A DNA stretch of 64,000 bases from Mytilus trossulus (lineage: Eukaryota), in contig NC_086378.1 in NCBI RefSeq assembly GCF_036588685.1, forward strand, positions 60,078,001-60,142,000. Direction: 5' to 3'. The notes beneath the pieces were generated by a model. That model did no database searches. It was not told where the DNA came from and saw only the letters and a list, made by a program, of their open reading frames with translations. Both the position numbers and the translations under genes were made by a program. Of the stretch, positions 1 through 13,800 are shown piece after piece. Position 1 is the stretch's first letter. Each line of letters opens with the position of its first letter.

Positions 1-188
1 TTAATTGTATAAAATGTATGGTGGTTTAAACATATAAAGTATTCTTAAGACGGGTGGTGCAGACTTAGCACAATTTTAGCTTTTGATAACTTTTTTTCCC
101 GTGTTGATTTTTTATCATCTCGCCGCCAATTATTAAAATCTCTCCTGGATTACGCATTATTTATTCAGACTTCAACTTAACATTTCAG

Positions 189-868
189 AAAAGACTTAAT
201 AGTCATTCACATCTACTTTGAAGAACTGAAAACAACAATTGTAAGACAATCACCTGTCTATGAATCTTCAGTGGCGATATTTGGTTAGTTTTATATGTCA
301 TTACGTTCAATCTCTCTGCATTGATTGGTTTATTATGTGATTACGTTCAAATTCTTTATAACCTAATTATATTCAATGAAAGTAAAGATTTCGGACGTCT
401 GAAGCACTTTTCTTAGTTTACCTTTACCATCATTGCTACAAAATGTTTAAAAAAAACAGATTTGTTAGAATCTCTTTATTAATATAAAAAGGTTACTTAA
501 AAGAATAGCAAATTCGTTTTAAGTCAACTTTGAATGAGAGAGTTTACTATACTTGATACTTATCTTCATATACAGTATTAATAAAATAAAGAATATGAAT
601 GGGGAATGTGCAAAGAAACAAAAACCCGACCAAAGACCTGAACACATTATGATGTCTACATAGAAAATATTACCATTTTATTATGTTATTTTCAGGAAAT
701 ATTGGAGGACAGATGGGATTATTCCTAGGAGCCAGTATACTCACCCTTACAGAGCTTGGAGAATTTTTGGGGTTTGTTTTGTGGTTTATCTGGAAGAAAT
801 GTATAAACATGAATCGTACAAACTGTTCAAAAGAAAAGAATGTCAATGCCACACTCCAAGAAATGTAA
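189..868 (+). CDS. 3' end (last two exons) of a DEG/ENaC/ASIC-family amiloride-sensitive sodium channel; the gene starts upstream of the window
   Basis: Exons 189-283 (after ttcag; KDLIVIHIYFEELKTTIVRQSPVYESSVAIF) and 696-868 (GNIGGQMGLFLGASILTLTELGEFL...TLQEM*), joined in phase 1. GGQMGLFxGASILT is the TM2/GAS selectivity-filter signature of the family. AATAAA at 943-948. Confidence 0.9.
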
Positions 869-1107
869 ACACGTCTAGTCATGATTAAGTAAAAACGTTA
901 ATTATATATCTATCATTATTAAACTTAGTTGTGAACAATTCTAATAAAATTTAAAAAATATATTACGTTGCAAATATATAGTTATATATGTATCATCGTT
1001 ACCTTAATTGGTAACAAATGTTTAACAAGTTATTCAATACATCACATGGCAAATATTTAAAGTTTATATCTCTGACAAAAAATGACAACGACATGAATTG
1101 TTAATAT

Positions 1108-1458
1108 ATAAAAGAAGAAGATGAGGTATGATTGCCAATGAGACAACTTTCTACAAGAGACCAACATGACAGAAATTAACAACTATAGGTCATCACGCCT
1201 TCAACAATGAACAAAGCCCATACCGTACAGTTAGCTATAAAAGGCCACGAATTGACAATGTAAAAAGATTCAAACGAGAAAACTAACGGCCTTAGTTAGG
1301 TAAAAAAATGAACGAAAAACAAACAAATAGGTCACACATAAATAAACGACAACCACCTAATTACAAGCTCCTGACTTGGGACAGGCCCTTACATACATAA
1401 TGTGGCGGGGTTAAAAATGTTAGAGGGATCCCAACCTTCCCCTATCCTCGGACAGTGT
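1108..1458 (+). repeat. Abundant interspersed repeat family A (AAGAAGATGTGGTATGATTGCCAATGAGACAAC... type)
   Basis: Homologous copies or fragments at ~5340-5740(-), 10578-10815(-), 19790-19870(+), 21608-21930(+), 26145-26435(-), 29535-29687(-), 29749-29964(+), 33735-34005(+), 37425-37520(+), 63185-63520(+). Class not determined. Confidence 0.85.
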
Positions 1459-2424
1459 TATAGCAGTTCCACATAAAATGTCTCATATTCAAGCCTATAG
1501 GTCGAAACCAAATAGACGTACAAATCCTCAAATGTAAACAAAAAAGGCGAATATGTTTTGAATGGAGTGAACGTTAACTGTGTTAAAATCAGAAAATCCT
1601 TTACATTTGATTTATAAAAAATATGAAGGGTTATGATACTCAGTCCTTCACAAACCACTCATTGGTCAAATCCGGCCGATTTTTAAATCAAAGACACAAA
1701 TCTTGCGACTCAATGGCTTTATTTCGCAACTAGTTTTTTATTCTTCTATAACACTGACAGATATCCGTGTTATATACCATGCAGAATGTGATTGAAAAAA
1801 CATTGGCGGAAGAAAATCAATCTCTAAACATACATGTAAACAGCTAGTTCTATAAAAAGATTTCGTGTGGTCAAAAAACTGTTTTTGATGTTTTCAATAG
1901 AATAAGTGTTCATCATGCATGTTATATTTCCGTATCATGTGACCTTACCAAAGAGACATATCGTTATAACTTCAGCCAACACAAATGCGAGGAGAAAATC
2001 GTGATGGGACAAACAAACGTGCTCTTGAAGAAAAAAAGTAATACCAGATTCTTAATGAACAAATTTATTAATTTAATCACTGAACAACTGTTAGGGAAAA
2101 GTTACATGTTTTTTTTTGTAAGTTAACAAACGGGAATGCGTTGGAAATATAAAAATGTCATGGTTCTTTTAATTCACTTATCTGTCATGTTTTCTACGTG
2201 TTCTGTTTTAATGTTAACCAGTGTCACTATTGGTAAATTTCGGCAACAAACACGAATGTGAACTAGCTTGCATTCTACAACCCTTGAATGAAATATAATT
2301 TGTTGATAATACGCAACAGATATGTAATAAAAAAAATATCATTGCGATCCACACTTCATCCTATACCGCTAGCCAATATATAAAATAAACAAACACACAG
2401 CAAAACGCCATACACATATATAAA

Positions 2425-2660
2425 TATATACAAGTCTAATTGAAAACTACGTTCAAACCTATGATTGTGTTGGATAAAAACCGCAATTTTTTACGTGTGC
2501 ATGTAAAACAAATTTCGTTGTAGAAGGGTCTAAATACAGCACTAACAACATTTTCCAAAAGACCAAAAAAGTGAAAAAGTATGTTAAAAGAAAACGCATT
2601 TGGCTAACATGTCGAACAACTGATTTTCTTTAACCCTGCTGACTGCCATTGGCGATTGCC
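2425..2660 (+). repeat. Interspersed repeat shared with ~9480-9755
   Basis: Shared AAGTCTAA(A)TTGAAAAC...TTCAAACCTATGATTGTGTTGGATAAAAA...GTCTAAATACAGCAC...TGCTGACTGCCATTG. Confidence 0.8.
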
Positions 2661-5600
2661 AAATAAAATTGATCACAAGATGTAACAAAATGGATCTTAA
2701 AATAAATTTAATACTAAACAGAAAACAATCAAGTGTGTAGATGTTGTTGCCGAGCAGTATCCGACTCAAAAAGAAAATGATATATAGAAAAGAGGTTTTG
2801 AAAAAAAAATAAAAATTATTACATTTTTAGAGATATATTATAATATTGTATTTCATTTTAGCCACCAATTTATTTAACAGCATGTAAAGTTCCAACACAT
2901 GTACATCTAAATTAATCTTATTTTGAAAAAGTGTGTTTAACCGATTGATTCGTGTTTTTGTGTTTAAAATATATATTTCAACACACATTGCACATGTATA
3001 GTATAATGCCGTGTTTATCATGTGTTTATCGTGTTTTGATACAATAGAAACATGTATACCTACATGTATGTCTGTCTGTTATGTTCTTTGAGGAGGTATC
3101 ACTTTTTAAATGGCTGTAAGTGTAAATAAAAAAACATGTTTTGAAATAGCTTTGATCAACCTTTAATTAATCCAAAGCACAGACACTTCTCATAAACTAA
3201 GTCTGGGATAACATAATCCTTTAGTCTGGGATAACATGATATCTTCATTGAGTGTAATTGGCTTTGAACTAGCTATCAGGAAATGTGTTGGTTTTTTTTT
3301 TTTACTAATATTAATATGTTATTTGTTTTTATGTGCTTCGTATCGATATATTGAATTAATTCATTTGTAACTAACTTTTTTCAGTTTGCTCTTGTAATGT
3401 GTTGTTACACAGCTGTCCAAGGTTAGGTGGGCTGAGCGCTTCCAAAAGAGTTTAACCTCGGCATCTAAGTGTTTTGTCCCAAATCTTTAATTCAGTGGTT
3501 GTAGTCTGTTGTCAGTCATATTGTTCTTTATTATGTATATATATGAATAACATGTTTAATTATGGTTTTTTTCTGATAAATCTGTACGTAAGTTGTATAT
3601 ACTAAGAAAAATTGTCAAAGGCAAACTATTCATTTAGAAAAACAAGTATTCATACATTTCTTTTGATATACGGTTAAGAAAATATTATTTGTACACGGTG
3701 ATATGAGAATCTGTGTATTGGAAATGAAATAAAACTCAAAACACACATGCATATAAAAAAATACAAGTATGTTTTTATCAGGGTTAGTCCATACACTATA
3801 CTTATGTTGTAAAATGTTTATTAAGCCATTCTTTTTTTTTATAAAATGAAATGAAACAAAAAAAATCCTACTTATTAGAATATGTAACATGCAACAACTT
3901 TTAATGTATCTTATTAACATAAATTATGCATCATATTAGTCTAATAATAAAACTTTATAATTTCTTGGTATCGTCGTTTTGTTTAATTTTCTCATGTGAG
4001 ATTTGCATCAACACACACATTTTTTACAATTATTCCATTCAGAAATTCAACAAAAACTTTTTTTTTCATCACAGGAAGTCTGCATTGTATTCATTATATA
4101 TCAAATTAACGTGATATTTTATACCGGGTTATAATCTATAGCCATTATGTATGCATGCTTCTTTGCAACACCTCAAACGAATAAAGTTATAAGATATAGC
4201 TTATTTCAAACTTTAACAGCGAGAGACCTGTACAAATATTTTACATTGGGAAATGGCATTGCATTATGATAGCAATACCACAAATAAATATATCTTGAAT
4301 TTTCATAGAGAAGTATATAATTATATTACGTATATTCATGATCCTGACAATTACATGTTTGATGTCTCGCAGTATCATTTTTTGACAAAGAGGACTTGGA
4401 TACTAATTCACAAATTTCATCTTCGTTGTTTTTAAAAATGGATTAACTGATGGTAAGTGCTGGGGGTGTCAACGAAACAATAGTATTTTATAAGACGCAC
4501 TACATCAATATATTCGAATGTATTCAAACATAGACAGGTCCGATCAAAACAAACATAGTTGATGTAATGAATCATGACCTCCTCTTAAATAAGTTTGAAA
4601 TATTTTGTGATTTTAAAGTTTGATATTCGTTAATTGTCTTGTTCCTTTAAACGTGCAGGTAGTATAGCAAAATACGTTGTTAGAGCTGGATTTAGAGGAG
4701 GACCCCCCTTTATTGGAAAAATTTGGTTGATAATATAGGGAATCACTGAAGCATGACCAACGCGGTCCCTCCGCTTAGGCAGTCAGTGGATCCGCCACTG
4801 CTTTATTTATCTTAACTGGCTCAACTATGAATTATAACTTATAAATATGAATCATGGTACGTGTCAGTTGGAATATACCACAGTGAGTTGGTTTCCATAG
4901 AAATGCTAAGTGTCTGCTGAAACCAACGTCCATCAAATATCAAGGGTGTTATCATTAAAAACATCAAGCACCATTTCACCTTATTAATCATGACCTATTG
5001 TTCGGGACAGTTTCCGTTTACGAAGTAAAATGTGTCCAATCCTAGAAAAATGTAGACTAAATTGAAAGTTGTATCTTTACTTTTGTCATTTTAAGAGAAA
5101 CAATTGGACTTCTTATTTTGTTTGTTTTAATGATTAGGAATGAGTTGATAACAGTAGAGAGGTTAACTGCTTGGAAACATCTTAACTGTATATTATGTTA
5201 TGACTTCAGAAACGCGTTTCATATTTTATTTTCATTTGTTCATTTGTTTTCTTTATTCTTTCGTAATGTATTTGTTTCATTGTCCCAAGGAAAGCTACTC
5301 TAGTAACGTACTGTCATTGATTGTTGCCGAAAAAAACAGCCCGCTAACATAATTAACCACGTCACATTATTTATGTATGTGCCTGTACCAAGCATTCAGT
5401 TGTTGTCGTTTGTTTATGTGTTACATAATTGTTTTTCGTTCATTTTTTTTTAATATTTTTCTTATAAAAAAAAATGGCCGTTAGTTTTCTCGTTGAATTG
5501 TTTTTGCCTTTTATAGCTGACTATGCGATATGGGCTTTGCTCATTGTTGAAGGCCTAACGGTGACCTATAGTTGTTAATGTCTGTGTCATTTTGATCTCT

Positions 5601-5884
5601 TGTGGACAGTTGTCTCATTGGCAATCATACCACATCTCCTTTTTATATTGTACAATGACCTATAAATGTTTTTAATTTCTGTGTCATTTGGACTCTTGTG
5701 GAGAGTTGTCTCATTGGCAATTATGCCACATCTTCTATTTCATAGTATATAGTGGGTTTTTTCAGTAGAGTCTGGTCAGTTACTAATGTTCTTGTTGTCA
5801 AAATCCATCATGAAGGACGCAACTATTGACCACTAGTCTAGCTGAGCCTAGACTGTGTTCAAGTTCTACAGGGCATGAGACGTA

Positions 5885-6304
5885 CACAGCTACTTTTGCA
5901 TAGGTACTACTTCCGTACTTAAAATATGTAGTACTGGAAATTAACTTTTAATATTTAGTACTATTTCTTTACTTTTAAATTATTGTAATATTTAGGTACT
6001 TGTATTTTACAGTACTTGATTTGTACTAAATATTTTGGTACAGAAATAATACAATATTCCATGTTTGAAAATCATAATTTTAAGAGATTTGAAATAGAAA
6101 ATCTTTCAAAATGCTAAAAATATAACGGTAGTAACCAAAAATCTGTAGTACCTAAATTTCAAGTACAAATTAAGTACTGTAAAATACAGGTACCTATATA
6201 TTACAATAATTTTAAAGTAACAAAATAGTACTGAATATCAAAAGTAAATTTCCAGTACTACATAATTTTAGTACAGAAACAGTACCTATGCAAAAGTAGC
6301 TGTG
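5885..6304. mobile_element. MITE with long terminal inverted repeats and TA target-site duplication
   Basis: TA|CACAGCTACTTTTGCATAGGTACT ... AGTACCTATGCAAAAGTAGCTGTG|TA; the arms stay imperfectly complementary for ~160 bp; rich in AGTAC/GTACT subrepeats. Confidence 0.85.
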
Positions 6305-7745
6305 TAGCTATGTCATTTTTTTGTGTGTACTCTCGAACCTCGTCGAGAGGTATGAGCCCCCCCCCCCTTTTCCCCCTATCGGTGCCAGGTCGTACATTTG
6401 TAGCACCTACTGGTAGTGGATTCGAAGAGACAAAGTCTCCTGAAGCTAACGAGTTGTCGAGAATGAAGTACCATTTCTGTCATTAAAATCTCATCAATAT
6501 CAACATACTTTAGAGTATATTTTGTTTTTCTTTTATGTTTAATTAATTCATTCAGTTGATTTGAAATATAATGGGCATTGGTTTGAGAGACAACGTCCAA
6601 ACCAGTTACTAAGAACTTTAAAATATGTTTCAAATGAGCCGTATGGTAAAGCAATCACTCGATCCGAACCCCTTGTTATGTGTAAATTTCTTTTATGTAC
6701 ATGAAATAATTATTTTTCATAGATTTCAAGGTTCATTATGAAAATTTGTAAAGGTATCCGTGGAACCCTGGTTCTCGCTTAGGATTGCTTCCTGCAAAAA
6801 TTGAATCCATTTATCAGTCCATTACATGGTCTTAAAAAAATCAAACATTTTCTTAAGATACTATTTTCTTGATCTGGAATATTCAATTCTGCATACTAAA
6901 TTTTCATGAAAATTTATGAAGGTTTACACATTTATCATGTTAAAAATAATATTTTTTGAGTGAATTATTTTCGAAAAGATCCGCATGTCAACTGAAAATT
7001 AAATGAAAAGAATAAATACTTTCGAAATTTTGCTTCAGACAGCAATCATTTATAAAATTCGATGACGATTTGACAAAGTTATTGATGTGTAACAAACTTT
7101 AACATCAGACCGTGACCCCTTTTATCAGTAAAATACGTGAAAATTAAAATGTTGATTTCATCATTATGCTCTGGATATTCATTTTGATCATAAAAATCTT
7201 CTGTTCAAAGTTTCGTAAAAGTTAATGAAGGGTCATGAAGGTTTGACATTAATAGTTATAGATATTGAAAACTGAAAAATAAGCACCCAACCTAAATTTT
7301 TACGCCACCAATTAAATCGTGATCGCTTTCGTGGCATTAATGTCGCAGGTTGGAAAAAAATGCATAAACAAATAAAATTTCAGCAGACAACAATATCATG
7401 ATCTAGATACATATTCCAAGCAGTTGTGTTTTTTGTGTCTTCTGAAAGGTTTATCATCAGCAATTTATTGAAGAGACGTGTATTATCTCCCTGCCTTTTT
7501 TTGTACATACATGCATAAAAACAAACAACAACTCTTAAACAGGTTAAATGCACCATGCACACGGCTAAATATGATAAATCAGGTCAAAACGTAAAAGATG
7601 AATGTTAAATTCAGAAATTGAGTTGTAAATGGCTTTAATTATAATTTTCAAAAAGTCTGTATTAGTATTCGATTATACCAAACGTAACACAATGTTGAAT
7701 AGATTTTACTACTTTTATTTTTCTTTTCTTTTTAGAAGCCGTTTA

Positions 7746-7812
7746 CGGATGTGACACACATTTTTTGTTTTTTATTAGGCGGAAGTAAAATTCTGAAATT
7801 CGATACATCCGG
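7746..7812 (+). promoter_or_regulatory. Putative TATA-less SELENON proximal promoter with three ETS-type CGGA(A/T)GT sites
   Basis: CGGATGT 7746-7752, GGCGGAAGT 7778-7786 and ACATCCG at ~7805-7811 (reverse), 70-130 nt upstream of the ATG. Confidence 0.45.
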
Positions 7813-7878
7813 ATTTTGGCGTATCTAAGTTCAACAACGAAGGTCTACGTGACCTGACGCAGTTGCCTTCATTTCGAA

Positions 7879-10800
7879 ATGCCTTCTCCGCCGGACAAAG
7901 GCGGTACAGGAGAAAACGAAGTGAGAAGGAGAAAGACAAGAAGCCAGAGTAAAACAGAAAACAACGATGGTCAAAGTCAGCTCAATTCCGAGGAGAGTAA
8001 TGGATCTAATCAGGAAGTAGTTCATCAAACTATAGGTAGTCCACCAGCTACATCCGAGGCGATAGAACAACAAACCCAACAACAACAATGGCAGCCACAA
8101 CCCTATTACCAGGAAGTCCTTGTTGTTCCTCCAAACAGAATTATATTTGCTATTCCAAAATGGGTTGTTTACATTGGAACAGCTGTCATTGGCATCCTAT
8201 TTGTAGCTCTTGGTGGGTTTGTCGGAGACAAAATTTACAAAACATACTTCTTACCAGGTCAAATGTTACCAAACATGACATTTTCTGCTGTTGGAGATGA
8301 AGGATGGGAATTTTTCAAGAAATATGACCGTGACGGGGATCTGAAGCTGTCTCTTGATGAATATGAAACTCTATATCATACTCTCATAGCAAGTGGTATA
8401 AATGTATGTTATTTAATATGAAATATACACAATAATAAAAAAAAAAATTAAATAGACTATGAGGCAGGCATACACCTTATCGCTATTTGTCTTCCATAAC
8501 CAATAACTCGACATCAGACATTTTCACACAGGTTCCCAAAAAAATTTGACATCATATTATGAAATATCTAACGTCAATAGTTCAAGCAGGACAGATTCTT
8601 TGGTTGGTCAAGTATAGCGTTAAGGTGTATTACCTTAGTCCAAATAACTATACATGTACATGTATATGATGTCTGGTGTCTGGAAAGGCTATTAATATTT
8701 TTTGTTGATGTAAGGCGTCAAAGAAAAATATGATAGCCTTTAAAATTTAAGTCTACATAATTATTTGGAGTTTAGTATGACGTCCATTATCACTGTCCTA
8801 GTATACATATTTTTTAATGGGCCAGCTGAAGGACGTCTACTAGTACGGGAGTTTCTCACTTAATTGAAGACCAATTGGTGGCCTTCGGCTTTTGTCTGCT
8901 CTATGGTCGGGTTGTTGTCACTTTGACACATTCCCCATTCCTTTCTCAAAAGACTCAATTTTATAATTATTTGGAATAGCATTACTTATGTCATGAAAGG
9001 GACTTATTCAGTATGAATTATTTCTTTTTAATTAAATCATATAAACTTCAAAGTCAATTAGTCCGTTTAAAAAGAAACCGAAATACCATAACTTTTCCGA
9101 TTTTGGTCCTGATGTTTTAACTGCGATGTCATTTAAGTTATAAAGTCATTTTCAATGTTAAAAAAGAAATGCTATCATCAGGTAGTGTTTTTTATCTTGG
9201 AAAAATTGTTTTAAAAATTGTTATTGTCATGATTGTTCTGGACTTCCTATATTTTATACAAGACTGATACATGTACATGAATTATTAATATATTTTACCA
9301 AAAGTCTCATGACAAACGAAACCGGGAGAAAGAAAGAGTTTTCTGCAGGCTAAAGAAACACACAACAATACACAGTAAAACTCAGTTATTATTAATTCTT
9401 AAAAGTGAAAATAGAAATAGTTGATATATAACCTCCATGTTAATTTATATATACATTTGTATAATACATGTATAATATAATAAACAAGTCTAAATTGAAA
9501 ACAACATTCAAACCTATGATTGTGTTGGATAAAAATTGCAATTTTAATACATGTGCATGTAAAACAAATTTGTTTAGAGGTCTAAATACAGCACATATAT
9601 ATGTCAAAAAAATCAAAAAAGACCAAATAAGGGAAAACAGTATCTTTTAACAAAACACATTGGATTAACAGGTCATACAACTGATGTTCTTAAACACTGC
9701 TGACTGCCATTGATGAAAACAAATTTCGTTGTAGAGGGGGCTAAATACAGCACAAATGATAGATATACACAAATCTCCATCAGAAGCAGACATTACTACA
9801 AAAAAGTAACAATTTTATTATGATTTATTTTGTAGGTAACAACTGATCTTCAGTACAAGGCAGATTATACTGTAGGTAAAGATGAGCAAACCATTACAAT
9901 GCAGGCCTACTTCCAACCTCTACTGCTGGAAACCATGAATACCAACCTCAGTGATCCAGTATGTCATTTGATACTAGAAATTTAGAAAAAAATTTTATGT
10001 TTCAGGGTTTGTCATGTTTGTAGGGATTTTAAGTACAAAAAGCCCTATTGCTACACATATACAATGTATATGTTTTTTAGCCTTGGCTATTAATCATGAT
10101 TATGGCTTGTTATTAGTCAATGATAAATACAAGTGTTTGTCATTATTCTTAATATAATAGCTGATAATCTATATATTTATATGTTATACAAGTCAGCATG
10201 TCAGTAGAAATGTATAAAAATAATCTCAAACTATTTCTGAACAAAAGCATGAAACACGGAAAAAGCTTTGAAATATGTGAAAGGTGTTATACTTATACAT
10301 CATGTACTTATGCAATATGATTGACACACGTTGTCTCACATTGTGCACATGAACTAACTCATGAAAGCAAGAGAATACCTTAACCGTTATAAATTATTTT
10401 TAATCTATAATTTTTCATGTTTAGTTTTGTCATTTATTTCAAAATAAAGAATTTTAATTATCAAAGAACATACAGAAATTATAAAAGAAGTATAATATTT
10501 TGAATACTAGTTCCAAGTAGTAATAAAATAGAGAAAGAAAATGGGGAATGTGTCAAAGGAACAACAACCCGACCATTGTTTATATGTTACATATTTGTTT
10601 TTCGTTCACTTTTTTACATAAATGAGGCCGTTTGTTTTCTTGCTTGAATTGTTTCACATTGTCTAATCGGGGCCTTTAATAGCTGACTATATGCAGTATG
10701 GGCTTTGCTCATTGTTGAAGGCCATACGGTGACCTATAATTGTTAATGTTTGTGTCATTTTGGTCTTTTGTAGATAGTTGTCTCATTTGCAATCATACAC

Positions 10801-13800
10801 CATCTTCTTTTTTATAAGTAGTGTACATTATATATTCTATCAGCATGATCAGTATATATATGAAGCATTTATATTAAGAAGGGTTAAACTAAACCTAATT
10901 TGTTTGGAGATTGTACCAAGTCAGGCTATTTAAACAATATTTGTTGTTTAACGTTTGCTGTACATCTACTTTTATTTTTGTGGTCCTTGTGAACTTATTT
11001 AACTGTTTTTAACCCCTGATATGAATTTACTGTCATGTTTTTTGTATTGTTTGTAAATTATTTCAGTTAGAACAGATTGATTCATTAAAAGGCCTTCAAG
11101 AATGGAAAACACCCAACAAAGAGACGAAAGACTTTGGAGTGACCCAGTTCAAAGGATTTCTACCTCCAAATAACTCCTTTATCGAGGAACCAGGAAAGGT
11201 TTACCAAATTTGGAACATAAATAGTACCAGCCTGCCAGACATTCCAAGTCATAGGTCCAGTAATAAATGGCTGCCTCCTAGAGTTGAGGATGAATTAGTT
11301 GTGATACACCAGCTTCTGTCCATGTTCCATCCTCGTCCATTTCTAAGGTCCAGATTTCCACCACAAGGGGGAGTGGCAAGTGTACGAGCATACAACAAGG
11401 AATATCTGGATATAAGTTTCAGGTATGTGTTTTAACAAGCTAAACAAAAAGTAATTCAAACAAGTGGATTTCAGGATGTAGATATTAAATAAACTCCTGA
11501 TCAATAAAAGAGTTGAAATGTTGTTTTTGCGCCAGACACAGGTTTTGTCTACCAAAGACTCTTCAGCGACACTTGAATAATTTTTTTTCAGTGACACTCA
11601 AATAATTTATTTTTTTTAAAAGTCAAATGAGATATGAAGTTGAGGAGTACTGAGGACCAAAAATTCCTGAAAAATATACCAAATTTATACAATAATTAAG
11701 ATAAGATTTGGAGACAAGGGCAATATTATTTTTCATTCAATTTGATTTTTCTCACCTACAAATCTAATGACAAAAATTGATTGTTATGTAATACTGCAAT
11801 GTTCATGACTTGCAAGTATTTTCTCATAAGAATTATCATGAGATGAGTTATTAAACTACTGTATTAATGTGTTAGTTAGATGTAAATTGTATATTTTTGT
11901 GCTTTAGATTACATGCTGAGTTCCAATTAAGTGAACCCCCAAACAATCCCATGTGGTTTACACCAGCACAATTTACAGGAAACCTCATCATCTCAAGGGA
12001 TTACAAGAAACTCATATACTTCCATATGTATGTCCCTACAGATAAAAAACTGAATGTGGGTGAGTACTTCAATACTATTGGCAACCTCTTAGGAAACCAA
12101 CTTTACATTTTATATTAGAAATAAGGACTTAAAACTGCATTAACTATGATATATTACATCAACATTTCATATTAAGGATTCAATCATTTTAATTGGTGGA
12201 GAGCTATCACATATTTTTCTTTAAGTTATTTTTAATTAAAATTATCAGTCAGGGGACTTACTGAAATAAGTGATTTTCTAAATCACTGATTCAAGTAACA
12301 TTATTTCCATAAAGGTTGGAAGTTAGAGTTGTCTTTCTTTAATAATCATCTATTTAAGTAGTACAAATTAATCACTAGAAGAAGTGATTTAATTTTCTTG
12401 TAGCTTTAAATGTAGAATACTAATGATCCGGGGACTAATTGTGTTTCTAAACTTACCAGAACTAACATCTGTGTTGTCTAGGATGACCAGTTCATTTCAA
12501 CTGATGACCTTGTACTGAATCTAGGATAATGACATAAAAATCACTTGTTTAAGTATCAGACCTCAATTTCCTTCCCAAAAATCACTTCTTTAAGTATCAT
12601 TCTTTTAATAACCCCCACTAATTTCAACACCCCCAAACAGTGAAATTTTCATCGCTAACAGAAGAATTTAATTACATAATCTGAAAGATGAAACCTTGAA
12701 CTTCACAGGAAAAATATTCCCACTCCTGGGAAAAATCTTTTAAGAAAGTATTAGTTCGTTATGTAAAGCCATTATTATAGCATTTTTCAATTAAAATAGA
12801 TTTTTTTAGCTAAATGGTAGGATCAAAGGCTAAACCTTGCTACTTAAAGAAGCAATCAGTTCATATTTTTTTTAATTTTGCTAATTAAATTATGATAATA
12901 TTTAAACCTATGTGTTTAAAATTTTGAAAAAACTACAAAATCCCAATTAGTGACAAAACCCCGAATTTACTACTCAAATAAGTGATTTAAAAATCACTTA
13001 TTTCAGTAAGTCCCCTGACTGATTATAATAGAATATAACATCAATATATATATATAACTACATTTGTGTATATACTCTGTATATACTGTATATTTATGTA
13101 TTGCAAGTAGTGAGACTTTAATAAAATATTGAATCTTGAATCTTGAAACAACATGACAACTATAATACAAAATAGTGTGTATCCAATTTTTTCAAGAAAA
13201 TGAACAAAAGACCTTATCTACATTGTAACTATCAATTTCCTAATTTTAGCATTATTGCTTTCATAAAAAGTAAATGCTTCCTGTTCATGGTTTTGTAGGG
13301 TTGTTAAAGCATTGATTCTAAACATGTTTTAAGAATGTTGGCCTTCCAAAATGGTTAACCAAGATTTTTATGCCCCACCTACGATAGTAGAGGGGCAGTA
13401 TGTTTTCTGGTCTGTGCCTCAGTTTGTTCGTCCGTTCGTTCGTCGGTTCGTTCGTCCCGCTTCAGGTTAAAGTTTTTGGTAGAGGTAGTTTTTGATGGAG
13501 TTGAGGTCCAATCAATTTGAAACTTAGTTCACATGTTCCCTATGATATGATCTTTCTAATTTTAATGTCAAATTAAAGTATTGACCTTAATTTCATGGTC
13601 CACTGAACAAAGAAAAAGATAGTGTGAAGCTCAGGTTAAAGTTTTTGGTCAAGGTAGTTTTTGATGAAGTTAAAGTCCAATCAACTTGAAACTTAGTACA
13701 CATGTTAACTATGATATGATCTTTCTAATTTTTAATGCCAAATTAAAGTATTGTCCCCAATTTCACGGTCCAGTGAACATGTTAAATGATAGTGCGAGTG

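Noticed and set aside
1458-7562. Short ORFs between the channel gene and SELENON (and similar intronic ORFs elsewhere, e.g. 60746-61183, 63523-63793)
   Set aside because: Composition typical of random AT-rich DNA or repeats; no recognisable motifs or consistent exon structure.
7831-8300. Antisense ORF 7831-8100 (signal-peptide-like) and alternative-frame ORF 8088-8300
   Set aside because: Shadows of SELENON exon 1; the Leu-rich start is the reverse complement of the CAA-rich Gln tract.
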